DNA of 62,985 bases, filler included, from Octopus bimaculoides (Eukaryota): NCBI RefSeq assembly GCF_001194135.2. It is 5 parts of 4 records of this genome, joined end to end, with 100 filler letters (N's around TTAATTAATTAA, not from the genome) between each part and the next. Parts side by side here need not be neighbours in the genome. Positions count along the whole stretch, not along the records: positions 14,553 to 37,318 come from NC_068988.1; positions 37,419 to 45,317 come from NC_068987.1; 3 more parts are not named here. One strand, 5' to 3'. Shown here piece after piece: positions 27,530 to 39,847 of this stretch; the stretch's first letter is position 1; each line of letters starts with the position of its first letter. Position numbers and translations under genes: made by a program. The notes beneath the pieces were generated by a model. The model worked only from the letters and a program-made list of their open reading frames with translations. It did no database searches and was not told where the DNA came from.

Positions 27530-27745
27530 TAAGATGGCGAACTGGCAGAACCATTAGCACACCAGACTAACCGTTGCTATGTTCAGAGTCCAAATTCTAC
27601 TAAGGTCAACCTTACCATTCATCCTTTCAGGTTCAATAAAATAAGTACCTGTTGAACTGGGATTGACGTAATCGATGTAATCAACACATCCCCTCCCCCC
27701 AAAATTGTTGCCCTTGTGGCAAAATTTGAAACTGTTATTATTATT
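27530..27745 (+). mobile_element. SINE family C, diverged
   Basis: GATGGCGAACTGGCAGAACC head; GGTCAACCTTACCATTCATCCTTTCAGG central block. Confidence 0.75.
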
Positions 27746-27759
27746 ATTATCATTACTCA

Positions 27760-28170
27760 ATATTTGGTAGTTTCAGGCAAATTTCTACTGTATAACCTGA
27801 TACACATCCGTGTTGCTGGGGTTTGTGCAGCATTGTGTGTTGTTTTTAGTTGTTGGGAGTGTGTAAACTCTTCCCAGTATTGTATTGCATCAGTTTCTTT
27901 CTATATTTTTTTTCGAGGTGTAATGCAGTCTTTTATTGTATTAGTGTTTGTATTGTGCATTGTGTGTGTAATGCATTGGGTACCCAGCCTATTGGTGGTA
28001 GTTTATTTCATTGGACATTTGCTGTATAGAGTGTGTCTTGTGGATTGTTTTGCTTAGGTTGTATTATTGAATTGATAGTGTTTTGCATAGGATGCGGTCT
28101 GTTCCTAGCAGAGCTATTTTTGGGATAGTGTGTAGTGTTGACGATCCCAGTATAGTTTCTATGTTTTTGT
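27760..28170 (-). mobile_element. R4/Dong-type non-LTR retrotransposon 3' end
   Basis: Minus frame ..IPKIALLGTDRILCKTLSIQ* (stop 28064-28066) matches the QK.ALLGT..ILR C-terminus of RLE LINEs; 3' UTR ends in (AAT)n. Confidence 0.78.
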
Positions 28171-28344
28171 TAATATGTTTTATTTTATAATGGCCAATGC
28201 TCCAATTATTACTGGCATTTTTATTATCCTTGTAATTATTATTACTATTACTCTTGTTATTGTTGTTGTTCTTGCAGTTATTGTTCTTACCATTGTCGTT
28301 GCTGTTGCTGCTGCTTCTATTATGCTGCCATTGTTATTGTTGTC

Positions 28345-28740
28345 TTTTGTTGTTATTCTGGCAGAATTGTAAGCATGCTGGATAAAATGATTTGTGGAAT
28401 TTTATCCATCTTTCTGCTGAGGTCGACTTTGCCTTTCATTTTTTCAGGGTTGATGAAATAAATACCAATTGAGCTCTGGGGTCAATGTGATTGACTAGCT
28501 CCCTCCTCCAAAATTTCAGGCCCTGTACCTATAGCAGAAAGGATTATTATTGTTACTTTTAAGGTAAGTGAGTGGGTAGAATTGTTAGTATGCCAAACAA
28601 ATGCTTAAACTTTACATTTTGAGTTCAAATTCTGCTATGGTCAACTTTGCCTTTCATCCTTTCAAGGTCAATAAAATAAGTACCAGTTGAGCACTCATCC
28701 AAAATTTCAAGCCTTATACCTAAATTAGAAAGGATTATTA
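28345..28740 (+). mobile_element. Two tandem diverged family C SINEs
   Basis: Two GGTC(G/A)ACTTTGCCTTTCAT blocks (about 28420 and 28640), each with an AGAAAGGATTATTATTGTTACT tail. Confidence 0.78.
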
Positions 28741-29019
28741 TTGTTACTATTGCCATTGTTGTTGTTGCCACTATTTTCATCTGAAATGTTCACCAAGTTA
28801 TTGGTAAAAAACATTGTATCTTCTGCGATGTTGTGTTTCCCTTATTGGTTGCAGCAGCACCCATGACATGTGTTTAATAGAATCTCACCTTCAAGATCAG
28901 TGGGAATCTGATCTTACTAAGATCAATTCTAACTTTTATCTTTCTGGGTTCAATAAAATAAAGTACTAGTAGCCAAGTATTTCCTCTATAGTTTTTTCAA
29001 GTTACTTGGCAACCCCATT

Positions 29020-29310
29020 GATGCTGGTGACACATAAAAAGCAACTGCACCAGTGATGCATTAAAGGCATTTGTGCTTGTGGCACATAAAAGGCACCCAT
29101 GCTGTTGACACATAGAAGGAACCTGTGCTAGTGACACGTAAAAAAGCACCCAGTACACTCAGTAAATTGTTTGGCATTAGGAAGTGCATCAAGTCATAGA
29201 AACCAAGCCAAAACTGGCAACTGGAGCCTGGTGCAGCTCTCCGGCTTACCAACTCTGGTCTAACCCATGCCAGCAAGGAAAATAGATCTTAAGTGATGAT
29301 GTTGATGATC
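29020..29310 (+). mobile_element. SINE family D ((GAT)n tail)
   Basis: GTTTGGCATTAGGAAGTGCATC and CCCATGCCAGCA blocks shared with 18554-18620, 23246-23430, 32600-32800(-) and 33080-33190. Confidence 0.75.
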
Positions 29311-29528
29311 AGTCATGTACAGGGATCAATTTCAAGAGTAGTGATTCAGCAGAATTGTTAAAGTGTCAGATAAAATGCTTCATGGTATTTATTCCAGCTC
29401 TTTACATTCTGTGTTCAAATCCTGCCTAGTCATATTTGTTTTTTATTTGTCCAGGGTTAATAGAATAAAGTACCAGTCAAGTACTGGACTAATCCCTTCC
29501 TGTCAAAGTTGCTGGCATTTTGCATTAA

Positions 29529-29730
29529 CCCATTAGCGCTTTTTTTTAGAACCAGAAGGATAATCCATCATATTTCTGCAACACCTGTATTTTTCTGAGA
29601 TATCTTTAGTTAGTCATCAAGACTGCAGTGTCTTTCAAATATTGTAATAAAAATTTTTTTATATATTTAATATCAGATAAAATTGTATGAAAAAAGATTT
29701 TTGGTAATAAATTAAATAAAAAATAATGGG
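29529..29730. mobile_element. piggyBac-type MITE (202 bp)
   Basis: TTAA|CCCATTA ... TAATGGG|TTAA; TSDs at 29525-28 and 29731-34. Confidence 0.75.
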
Positions 29731-30195
29731 TTAATCAGAAACCATTAAGGAAACATGTCATTTCAATCTTTAAAATTCCATAAGGGAAATCTGGAACTTT
29801 TGGTGAGAAAATAAAACTTCAAGAATTCAACTTACTGCAGACATTAAGAATTCAAAAACCTTCACCTGTCTTCTATAGGAAGCAAGCAACATATGATTCC
29901 TTTAAGTAGTAAGCTGGTAAAGAAACATACAGTAATATGGTAAGATTCAGGAAAGGTGACATGAACATAATAAGGAGCTTCTGAAGTGACATCCTATTGT
30001 TGATGAGTTTGTGCTCAATCTCAATGAACAATGAGTTCATTCAATCGCTTGATAATGTTCCCACCTGGGAGGAAATTAAGATTTTTGTGAGTCAAATGAT
30101 TAATAATAATGTTCTGTAATAAATGGATAAACTGCTGAAATTTTGTAGTAAGGAGATGTGAAATTGCTGGAATTTCTAGAGGCAGTTATTTATAA

Positions 30196-31408
30196 CTAGC
30201 AGTATAACCCGGCGCTGCTCGGGATTAAGCTAGGATTATTAAATGATTAAGTCCTTTATTTCAAACCAAAATAAGTAACATCGACATCAGATTTGAGCGA
30301 AATCCCTTGAAATTGGTTTGGCTGAAAATGGTTTGCTGGCAATTTGATTGGGAAATCCCATAAGGAATCAGTTTATTGGTTATTTTCACTTATTGACTCT
30401 TTTTTAAATGTTGCATTAGAGATCTACATAGGAGAAGGTTGATCTGAAGGTTTGCATTGGGGATCTGGATTGGAGTAACTTAGGAAAGCTTACCAACAAC
30501 CTTAACCAAANNNNNNNNNNNNNNNNNNNNNNNNNNNNNNNNNNNNNNNNNNNNNNNNNNNNNNNNNNNNNNNNNNNNNNNNNNNNNNNNNNNNNNNNNN
30601 NNNNNNNNNNNNNNNNNNNNNNNNNNNNNNNNNNNNNNNNNNNNNNNNNNNNNNNNNNNNNNNNNNNNNNNNNNNNNNNNNNNNNNNNNNNNNNNNNNNN
30701 NNNNNNNNNNNNNNNNNNNNNNNNNNNNNNNNNNNNNNNNNNNNNNNNNNNNNNNNNNNNNNNNNNNNNNNNNNNNNNNNNNNNNNNNNNNNNNNNNNNN
30801 NNNNNNNNNNNNNNNNNNNNNNNNNNNNNNNNNNNNNNNNNNNNNNNNNNNNNNNNNNNNNNNNNNNNNNNNNNNNNNNNNNNNNNNNNNNNNNNNNNNN
30901 NNNNNNNNNNNNNNNNNNNNNNNNNNNNNNNNNNNNNNNNNNNNNNNNNNNNNNNNNNNNNNNNNNNNNNNNNNNNNNNNNNNNNNNNNNNNNNNNNNNN
31001 NNNNNNNNNNNNNNNNNNNNNNNNNNNNNNNNACGCTTGGCAAACACTCTGTTTCTCCCCTTGTCACAAACACTATTTCTTTCTTTCTCTCTTTTTTCTT
31101 TCTCTATCTCTTTCTTTCTTTCTCCCTCTCTTTCTTTCTTTCTTTCTCTCTCTTGCTCTCTCTCTCCTTCACGCGCGTACGCACAGATTTGATTTCGCCA
31201 TGTCAACAAACTTCAAAATTGCTAAAAGTTAATCGATTTTTACAGCTATACGCGGGTGCCTCTGTGAGAAAAAGTTGACAAAAACACAGATAGGGTCATG
31301 AACAATGTCCTCCTAAAATTGGAGCGACATGCGTGCTAATTTGTGGACGTGCATAACCCACATTCACGTACACACACACACAAACATCTTCTGTTTTATA
31401 GATATTGA
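30196..31408 (-). mobile_element. Non-autonomous Helitron (spans an N gap)
   Basis: Minus strand A|TCAATATCTATAAAAC start and CCCGAGCAGCGCCGGG hairpin followed by TTATACTGCTAG|T end; no TSD, A|T target. Confidence 0.82.
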
Positions 31409-31439
31409 TACCGGGTAAAAATCACTCCTCCATATAGGA

Positions 31440-31660
31440 ATGGAGAGATACAGTTCTTTCTTCACTCTACAAGAATGAAAGAGTTGGGATTTCAGAGAAA
31501 TCTCTCTATTGTCCACTGTTGGGGTAACGGACACCCAAATTCATAAAATATATCTTACCAGAATTCCAGGGTGGTTTCAGCACAAAGCAAAGAACTGTAG
31601 ATATGGTCTTTAATAGCTGTCAACTTTGAGAGAAGTACAAAGAGCAAAACATGCAGTGAG
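31440..31660 (+). mobile_element. RTE LINE reverse-transcriptase fossil (upstream piece)
   Basis: ISLLSTVG and ILPEFQGGFSTKQRTVDMVF..EKYKEQN match the RTE/BovB ISLLS.AG..LPESQCGFR..DMIF..EQN motifs. Confidence 0.8.
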
Positions 31661-32150
31661 TATCCAAGAGTGGTGGGTAGGGTAAACAGGTCAGTTTCCC
31701 ATCTCATGGAAAAGTTCCTCTTCTCTCAGATTAATTCCATACTCCAGGTACAGGTTTCATAAAGGAGAACAAAAGGAACCCTAAGAAGTTTCAAGAATTT
31801 TTAATTTTCTCCTTGGCTTAGTAGTTCAGTAAGTTGACAAGTTAGTTATTTGACAAGTTAGTGTCAATCTGGATTAAGAGGCCAGGATCAGTGTCAGTGT
31901 GAACAGTGACAACTTAAGATAAATCAAAATATATGAAGTCATATAAGCTAAGTCTTTCAAGTTGTTATTAGTTCATTTACGATAACATTTCAAACTGATT
32001 GACTTCACTTCTCTTCAAGTCGCCATTGTGACAAGACTTCTCTTCTGTTTTAAAGTTAGTCAATTATCTCATTGCATCATGATAATAAAAGGTAAGAATT
32101 TTAAAAATATTTATGATCGTTCTGTTGACCGATAATTTGAATACATTATA

Positions 32151-32240
32151 CAGGGTTGGCCAAAAGTCACCTGACAGTAAATCAAAAATTTCATAAATAC
32201 TTAATATTCAATTTTATTTATTTATTCCAATTATGAGGTC
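32151..32240 (+). mobile_element. Solo Tc1/mariner-like terminus
   Basis: TA|CAGGGTTGGCCAAAAGTCACC; partner TIR not found. Confidence 0.5.
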
Positions 32241-32518
32241 TTATGAATAATTATATTTGATAGAATAACTGAGGTTCTTTCTAATGCAGTATTATCAGAT
32301 AGCAGATCATGCAGCCTTCCAGCATTAAAAGGTACCCAACCTTTCTTGTAGATAGTCATGATGTTAGTGTCATAACACCATGGTATCATGTCTTGTTATT
32401 TTTCCATTGCTGGGATTTAAGATGGTAGCATCACAAGATGGTGATTTCAAATCAAGTCATTATTTACACATTGCTGGGATTTTACACTACAGATTTACTG
32501 GATAATCTACATTTCATC

Positions 32519-32549
<31 letters not shown>

Positions 32550-32568
32550 CCACCATCATCATCATCAT

Positions 32569-32599
<31 letters not shown>

Positions 32600-32600
<1 letters not shown>

Positions 32601-32800
32601 TCATCACTGTCATTGTTTAACGTCCACTTTCCATGCTGGCATGGGTTGGACAGTTTGACATGGAACTACCCAGCATTGAGGTGTCCAGACTACAATTGTC
32701 TGTTGTGGCATGGTTTCTATGACTGGATGCCTTTCCTAACACCAACCACTTTACAGAGTGTGCTTGGTGCTTTTTACGCGCCACTAGCATAGGTGCACTT
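32600..32800 (-). mobile_element. SINE family D
   Basis: (CAT)n followed by TTTAACGTCCACTTTCCATGCTGGCATGGGTTGGAC and GGATGCCTTTCCTAACACCAACC. Confidence 0.85.
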
Positions 32801-33229
32801 ATGCAGCACCGGCACCTAGATTTGTTCTTAAATATTCTAGAAATTGACATTAGGCATGGAAAAAGAGAAAACTGAATGAAGCTGAAACTTCAAAAGATGA
32901 AACAAAAAACAGAAAAAGTTAAAAAGGAATCATGAAGCACTAACTTCTCTCCAGGTTTAAGAATTGGCTGTAATGAACTTGAATGTTCTAGGTCTAGTTT
33001 TGATAATGGTAATAACCCTCTCTAAGGCCAAAAATTGGTTGAAGGGAGGGGAAGTCGATTATATATGCACCAGGGCCAAAGCAGACAGTAGAGCTTGATG
33101 CAATTCTTTGGCTGGCTTGCCGGCTCCTGTCAAACTGTCCAACCCATGTTAGCATAAGAAAATGGGTGTTAAATGATGATGAAGATGATAATGTTCATAA
33201 TTATTATTATTGTGTCCATAATGCTCTTT

Positions 33230-34150
33230 TATGTAAACCCTTAGTGGTTAATAAAGAAAACATTATTATTATTATTAAGGGCATGACGGTAAGGTTTAAC
33301 TTCAATGATTCAATCTCTGAGCTATTCTCAATAGAAAATGGAGTCAGACAAGAGGATATTCTTGCATCAGATCTATTTATAATCCTTTCCTGTAGTATTC
33401 TTTGTAGCTTTCAATATCTCAGATTGTATTTCTATTAGTTATCAACTTAAGGTACTTAACTTATGGATACTTTTATCTTCAGTAAAAGTATCAACCTCCT
33501 TGATTAGATCTCTTATATACAGAAGACCATGACATAATGATACATACTGAGACTCAAATGCAACTAACTATATATGGATTAATTCTTGACTGCTTGCTAT
33601 ATCTTCAGACTCAAAATAAATCTTAAAAAGATTGCAGTGATGCATAAACATACCCCTAAACAACCACATCTTAAACTCTTTATCCTCATCAATGGAAACC
33701 CATTGGTAACATAGTCTTTTGTGTTTCTTGAAAGCACACTTACAGCTGATTGTAACTTTGACAATAAAATTCCTCTTAATTTTGAAAAAGCATTAAAATT
33801 CTTTGGAAACTTTGAAAAGTATCTAAATTCCAAACAAGGCATAAAAATAATGATCAAAATCTATGTATGTCGAGTAAACGTTTTGACAGCTCTTTTGTAT
33901 GTCTATGACAAATGGGTTATCTATAAACACTAGGTTAAATTACTTGAGTGTTTCATTAAAGATGTCTGCAACATCATTGTATCAAATGGAAATCATAAAT
34001 TCCTGGTACAGAAGAAGTTCTACTGGAAATAGAAATTTCAGTCATTGCAATGGATGAATAAAGATGATAAATACATAAATTGCCAAATGGCAAATGGCAA
34101 AATAGCAAAAAGATACATTCGTGGTGATTGAGCAATACAAACTTGCATCC
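33230..34150 (+). mobile_element. RTE LINE reverse-transcriptase fossil (downstream piece), frameshifted
   Basis: SELFSIENGVRQEDILASDLF (NGV.QG motif), decayed YADD, FLESTLTADCNFDNKI, VLTALLY, IKWKS.IPGTEEVL. Confidence 0.85.
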
Positions 34151-34934
34151 AAATATTTCATTTTGCAGTATATCAAATTGAAAACTATTAATGACATGCT
34201 TGTTCACTGACCATAGAATTAGAAGTAGCCGTACATCAAGTGATTCAATAGTGTGGCAACTGCAAAAGTCAATGTCTACATTCTTGTTTTAAAAAATGGT
34301 TTTTGAATGAAAAGTGTTTTGCAATATGGATTCAAACTATTTTTGTTCTATTTTAAACATTTCTATAATACTATAGAAGTATAATACTAAAGAAGACTTG
34401 CTATAGAAGTCCAGATTATACAAGGGAAGAACTGACCAAGGTAATAGTCCATTTTAAGATGCAGAATGCTATTAAAACAGAGAGACATTTGCTGTGGGTG
34501 TCTTTTCTATAGGCATATTTTATATGTTGGTGTACATTGATAGAAAAACCTTTCAACATTGCAATACAGAGCTCCAATGCAATGCCACTTTTTCCTGCTA
34601 GTTTTCTGTTTAAAAAATTGTTATTTTTTTTCACTGGCTAATGAGTAGCTGTGTAGTTAAGGAGCTCATTTTGCAATCACGTGGTTTGGGGCTCAACGGG
34701 CAAATACATTTTGCTAGAACCTCGGCTAACCAAAGCCTTGTGAGTGGATTTGGTAAAAGAAAATTGAAAGACGTCCATGTAAATATATATAATAACACAA
34801 ATGGACTGAGGTTCACTATAGCTGTTTCAATCATGTCTTTTTATTGATGAACAAATCAATAAAAGACACATCTGAACTGAACGTCAGCCCATCTGACTTA
34901 TATACAGATAAGAAAAGTCTAAAAGGAACGGGAA

Positions 34935-35559
34935 CAAGTATAAAAGGAACCACATCAACAAAATAATCTCAAAATATCCAAAAAGATATTCTACATATGT
35001 TTCAATATAACAATATTTTAGAATCATCAATAATTGTAACTTTTAAAGATATAATAAACAGTATATTGTTAGATCTCTTCAGGAGAAATAAGTATATTTA
35101 GTTGTGAGTTACGAAATTACTTATTTGAGGGCTATGTTTAGGAATATCATACTCCTCACAATCAGCTACATCCGTCTTTCTACCACCTCCCTTACATAAA
35201 CCTTTATAAATATGATACATATATTTTTTTCAAATAAATTTGATGTTTTAGTAGCATTTTAATGTTCAATAATAGCAAAATTTTAAATGATAAATTTCTA
35301 AGCATATGAACTCTGCATCTTTCAAAGTAGTTTGTTAACATTTGAAAATTCCTAAACTTAGTCATCAAATAAGTCATTTTGTAACTCAAGACTAAAATAT
35401 ACTTGTTTCTCCTGAAAAGATCTAACAATATACTGCCTATTACATCTTTAAAAGTTACAATTATTGATGATTCTAACATATCGTTATATTGAAACATATG
35501 TAGAATATCTTTTTGGATATTTTGGGGTTATTTTGTTGATGTGGTTTCTTTTATACTTG
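34935..35559. repeat. Inverted repeat, arms about 211 bp (34935-35145 / 35348-35559), spacer about 200 bp
   Basis: Arms align as reverse complements by eye (roughly 85-90% identity); each carries a TTGATGA..GAAACATATGTA motif. Confidence 0.92.
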
Positions 35560-35676
35560 TACTTATATGTATATCTTTTAATCTTTTAATTGGCATTATT
35601 TTCCAGTTGTAATACAAATAAAATGAATCTAGCAGCTTTTTAATTTTTCTTAATTTTCTTTTATTGACTTTTTAAT

Positions 35677-35725
<49 letters not shown>

Positions 35726-36069
35726 TTATACACATGTACAGAGTGTGCCTGAAAATGAACACATGAGCTATTTTGGATTTTGTAAGTATTTCAATTCATG
35801 AATTTATAACTTTTAAAAATAAATACTATAAATTTACCATCCTGCAAAAAAGTGTACCCCTCAAAAAGTGCAATTACCTTCCCTGCCTTAAAAATATATA
35901 AATTGTGTGCATTTTTCTTCTTTAGTTATTTTTTTTACTACAACTCACTATGTGGGGAAAAGCCTCTGCAATAAAACTCTTCCCTTATATATATATCACT
36001 GGCAGTGCCCCAGCATGGGCACTGCCTCAAGGCTGAAACATATAAAAGAATAAGAGAATATATATATAT

Positions 36070-36249
36070 ATATTAATAGTAATGGTAAGACAACAAAAGA
36101 ATGAATAAGACCTCGATATTATGTAAATAGAGGAATTTAACTGTAATATAATATGTGACAGTTATTCGGTTGCCATAATAAAACTCTGAGTTTCGGATGT
36201 TGGGGTGGAAAACTGCTCCGGCATCTCATCAGTTATCGAGGCAATCAAA

Positions 36250-36250
<1 letters not shown>
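36070..36250 (-). mobile_element. Solo PLE-type terminal repeat fragment between (TA)n tracts
   Basis: Contains the hammerhead motif at 36177-36237. Confidence 0.6.
36177..36237 (-). ncRNA. Minimal type I hammerhead ribozyme motif with canonical core
   Basis: GAUAA-CUGAUGA-GAUG(22 nt)CAUC-C-GAAA-CUCAGAG-UU-UUAUU: stem I 5 bp, stem II 4 bp, near-palindromic stem III, triplet GUU. Confidence 0.72.
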
Positions 36251-36316
<66 letters not shown>

Positions 36317-36339
36317 CATGTATATAAAAGGTAAAAGAA

Positions 36340-36676
36340 TGAAGACTCCCTTCGATCACAAATGACCATAGGATTGCACTTAGAAAATTTCCCTCTGAGG
36401 CACAAGTATGGGCAAGTTTGTTTATGGAAGACTAGTAGTCACCTATGCATACCAGTCTCTCCTCTCCACTCAACCACTGTTATCCAAGGGAAAGTCAAAG
36501 GGTGATACAACTTGGTAACAGTGATGTTGTAACTCATTTCTACAGCTGAGTGAACTGAAGGAACATGAAATGAAATGTTTTGCTCAAGAACACTATACAC
36601 AGCCTGGTCTGAGAATCGAACTTACAACCTCATGATTGTAAGCCTGATGCCCTAATCATTGAGCCATGCACCTTCA
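36340..36676 (-). mobile_element. tRNA-derived SINE, diverged
   Basis: Minus head GAAGGTGCATGGCTCAATGATTAGGGCATCAGGCTTACAATCATGAGGTTGTAAGTTCGATTCTCAG. Confidence 0.75.
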
Positions 36677-36924
36677 CACAAACACACGCATACACACATG
36701 CATTCATACATATATACGTATATGTATGTATATATATATATATATAGAAAGATGACCAGTAGGGTGGACATTTAAATATACATATACAGAAAGAGAGAAA
36801 GTGGGGGAGAGAGAGAGGGGGGATGGAGAGGGAGAGAAAGAGAGAAGGAGAGTGAGAGAGAGAGAGAGAGAAAGAGAGAGAAACAACTTGTTTTAAATCT
36901 CTGAACGAGAAATATACATTAACA

Positions 36925-37318
36925 GATGTTTTCCTGGGGCTAAAGCAACTGTAACATCGTCATTTATAGGACTTCTGCATTCTGTTGGCATATAAACATT
37001 ACTATCCAGTACTGTCACTGTCTGTCTCTTGCTCAGAGATTTAAAACAAGTTGGTTTTCTCTATATGAAATCAGCAGCAGTGTGTCACTTAAAAATTATA
37101 TAGTATTTGCAAGTGGAGAGTGCTTTCATCACTAGTTTGTGGTTGTCTCACATTGAGGACTGTGAGTATCATGTAAGGCTAGAGATGGAAGCGATGACCT
37201 CCAGTGTAAACTGTGTGTCGATAGCCAGCTGGAAAAGATGTTTTCCTGGGGCTAAAACAACAATGACATCATCGTTTATAGGACTGCTACATTCTGTTGC
37301 CATATAGACATTAGTATA
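36925..37318 (+). repeat. Direct duplication of about 85 bp at 310-bp spacing
   Basis: AGATGTTTTCCTGGGGCTAAA.CAAC..ATAGGACT..CATTCTGTTG.CATATA.ACATTA at about 36925 and 37235. Confidence 0.85.
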
Positions 37319-37418
37319 NNNNNNNNNNNNNNNNNNNNNNNNNNNNNNNNNNNNNNNNNNNNTTAATTAATTAANNNNNNNNNNNNNNNNNNNNNNNNNN
37401 NNNNNNNNNNNNNNNNNN
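37319..37418. other. Assembly join spacer
   Basis: TTAATTAATTAA at 37363-37374 flanked by 44 N on each side. Confidence 0.92.
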
Positions 37419-37530
37419 TTTGAAAAATTCAATGTAAACTATGCTATTTGTAGTCAAAAACTTGCAAAAGATATGCTTAAAAGAAAAACAAGGGAGTTAA
37501 CTCGAATAACACATAACTATATATACTTTT

Positions 37531-37739
37531 CTATTCTAGGCACAAGGCCTGAAATTTTAGGGGAGAGGAACAGTCGATTAGATCGACTCCAGTACACAAC
37601 TGGTACTTAATTTATCGACCCTGAAAGGATGAAAGGCAAAGTCGACCTCGGCGGAATTTGAACTCAGAACGTAAAGACAGACGAAATACCGTTAAGCATT
37701 TCGCCCGGCGTTACTAACGTTTCTGCCAGCTCGCCGCCT
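37531..37739 (-). mobile_element. SINE family C
   Basis: Head and central block closely match 26202-26440. Confidence 0.9.
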
Positions 37740-38654
37740 AATTACTGTGCAGAACATTCAGCTGCGATAGCTTGCCCTCACTCTGTTGCTGAAAGACGAA
37801 AGCTACTTCAGTTGGATTTGAAATCCGAATGGAGATATTTGGAATTGAAAATTTTTTAAAGTATTCAGTCTCATAAAATGATCGATCTGTGCTCCCATGA
37901 GGCACTGAGCGAGACATTATGTCGAACTGCTTAAAATAACGGCGAAATTTTATTTATATTCTATCCCATTGTCTTCACCCCACTCAAAAAAAAAACAACG
38001 AAATAACACATTAGAAAGGTTGCTGTATAATGAGATCGCCATGACTAGAATAACTTTAGTTATTGGATTGCTCTACAAAGACTGATCTGTATTTTAGAAA
38101 TAACATCAATTTGGTGCAAAATTAAGACTTTGTAGTGATGTGGTGTATTCTATTCAATCGACACCACACCTGACAGGTAAATATTTGATTCAACTCTGAA
38201 AGATAATTTTAACTTACGCTATACATGTACAAAACCAAAAATGACATGGAGTCTAGTAGAACACACTGCCGTTGTTGCATTTCCACGCTGCCTCATTAAT
38301 ATTTATAAGAACGATCAGATAATGGAACCGACTCGTGGTTCATCCGCAAAAATTAAAAACCTAATCACCTTCAAAAATAACCTTACTGATTAAAAAAAAA
38401 AGAGGAACATGTTGGATAATGTTAGTTTGAGGTACTATAAAAAATGGGATGATTGAGGAATGAGGTAGCTACACCTGCTGGAAATAGCGGCCAAATGTCC
38501 TTCTCGTCACTACCTGTCACTTCATTGAAGGAAGAAGACTTAATAGATTGTGCGAATTTGGATGTTCGCAGTTGCGATACCTTTGAGGATAGATTTTTTT
38601 TCAACCAGGTATGACCATGGATCACACGACGTAAATGCTGAAAAATTCTGATCG

Positions 38655-39094
38655 TTTTATCTGACTTGTCTCAGTCATTAGACTGCGGCCATTCTGGGGC
38701 ACTGCCTTCAAGAATTTTAATCGAACGAATCGACCTCAGTACTTATTTTTTCATCTTTAAGCTTAGTGATACTTGTATCGACTTCTCTTGTCGAACTGCT
38801 AAGTTATGCAGATGTAAACACATCAACAAGGGTTATCAAGCAGTGGTGGACACACACATACACACACACACACACACACAAACACTCTCTCCATCTCTCT
38901 CTCTCTTACTCACACATATATGTATAAAATGGCGGGCTTCTTTTAATTTCCGCCTACCAAAAACACTGGCAAGGCTTTGGTCAGCTCGTGGTTACAATAG
39001 AAGACAGTCACCCATAGTGCCATGCAACAGGGACTGAACCTGGAACCTTGTGGTTGGGAAGCAAACTTCTTACCACACAGCCACACTTGTGCCT
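38655..39094 (-). mobile_element. SINE family B, full length
   Basis: Colinear with the reverse complement of 54723-55140. Confidence 0.88.
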
Positions 39095-39690
39095 ATACTG
39101 AGAAATTCTTGATAAGTAGGGCCAACTTTGCATAGATTGGAAAATTAAGCTGCATCATGTGGAAACGGCATCTGTCTAAGGATACAAGTTATTTTCTTCC
39201 TGTGGTATACCTCGGTAAACTTATACACTTTGCTGTCATTGTGTGTGTGAATATATACACCATCAGTTGAAGACAACATGGCTGAAATTTAGGAAAAAAA
39301 AAATGTTTTCTAAACTTGAGCAGAAACAATTGAAGCACCATTTTCAGTGGGTGAAGATATTGGGAGATAACTTTTGGGTAATATCATAGCGATCTGTCAT
39401 CGGAACGAGTTAATGGGAATAGCTGTAAGAATTCTTTTCCTGAAATCACGTTTAATCTAGAATCTAGCATCACTTTTAATTATTGTGATTAGATTTATAA
39501 AAAAATGTGCTTTTACCGACATTAATATTCAAGTTTTAATTGTAGTTAACATGACTGGCGTGACAGCAGCTACGATAATAGGCAGAAACGTTAATAATGA
39601 CAGTAATATAAACATATAAAAAAAATGATATAAATCGCATTAATAAAGCTGCTGATAATAATAATAATAATAATGATAATAATAATAATG

Positions 39691-39745
<55 letters not shown>

Positions 39746-39815
39746 TGATCACAATCATAATAGTGATAACGATGAGGAAGATGATAGTAAATCCATGAAT
39801 AACAATACATATATG

Positions 39816-39847
<32 letters not shown>

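Noticed and set aside
38460-38608. Plus frame EVATPAGNSGQMSF..DRFFFNQ ending at CAG|gtatga
   Set aside because: No pyrimidine tract upstream, and part of it matches the CTGCT(A/G)GAAATAGC.GCCAAAT SINE block seen elsewhere.
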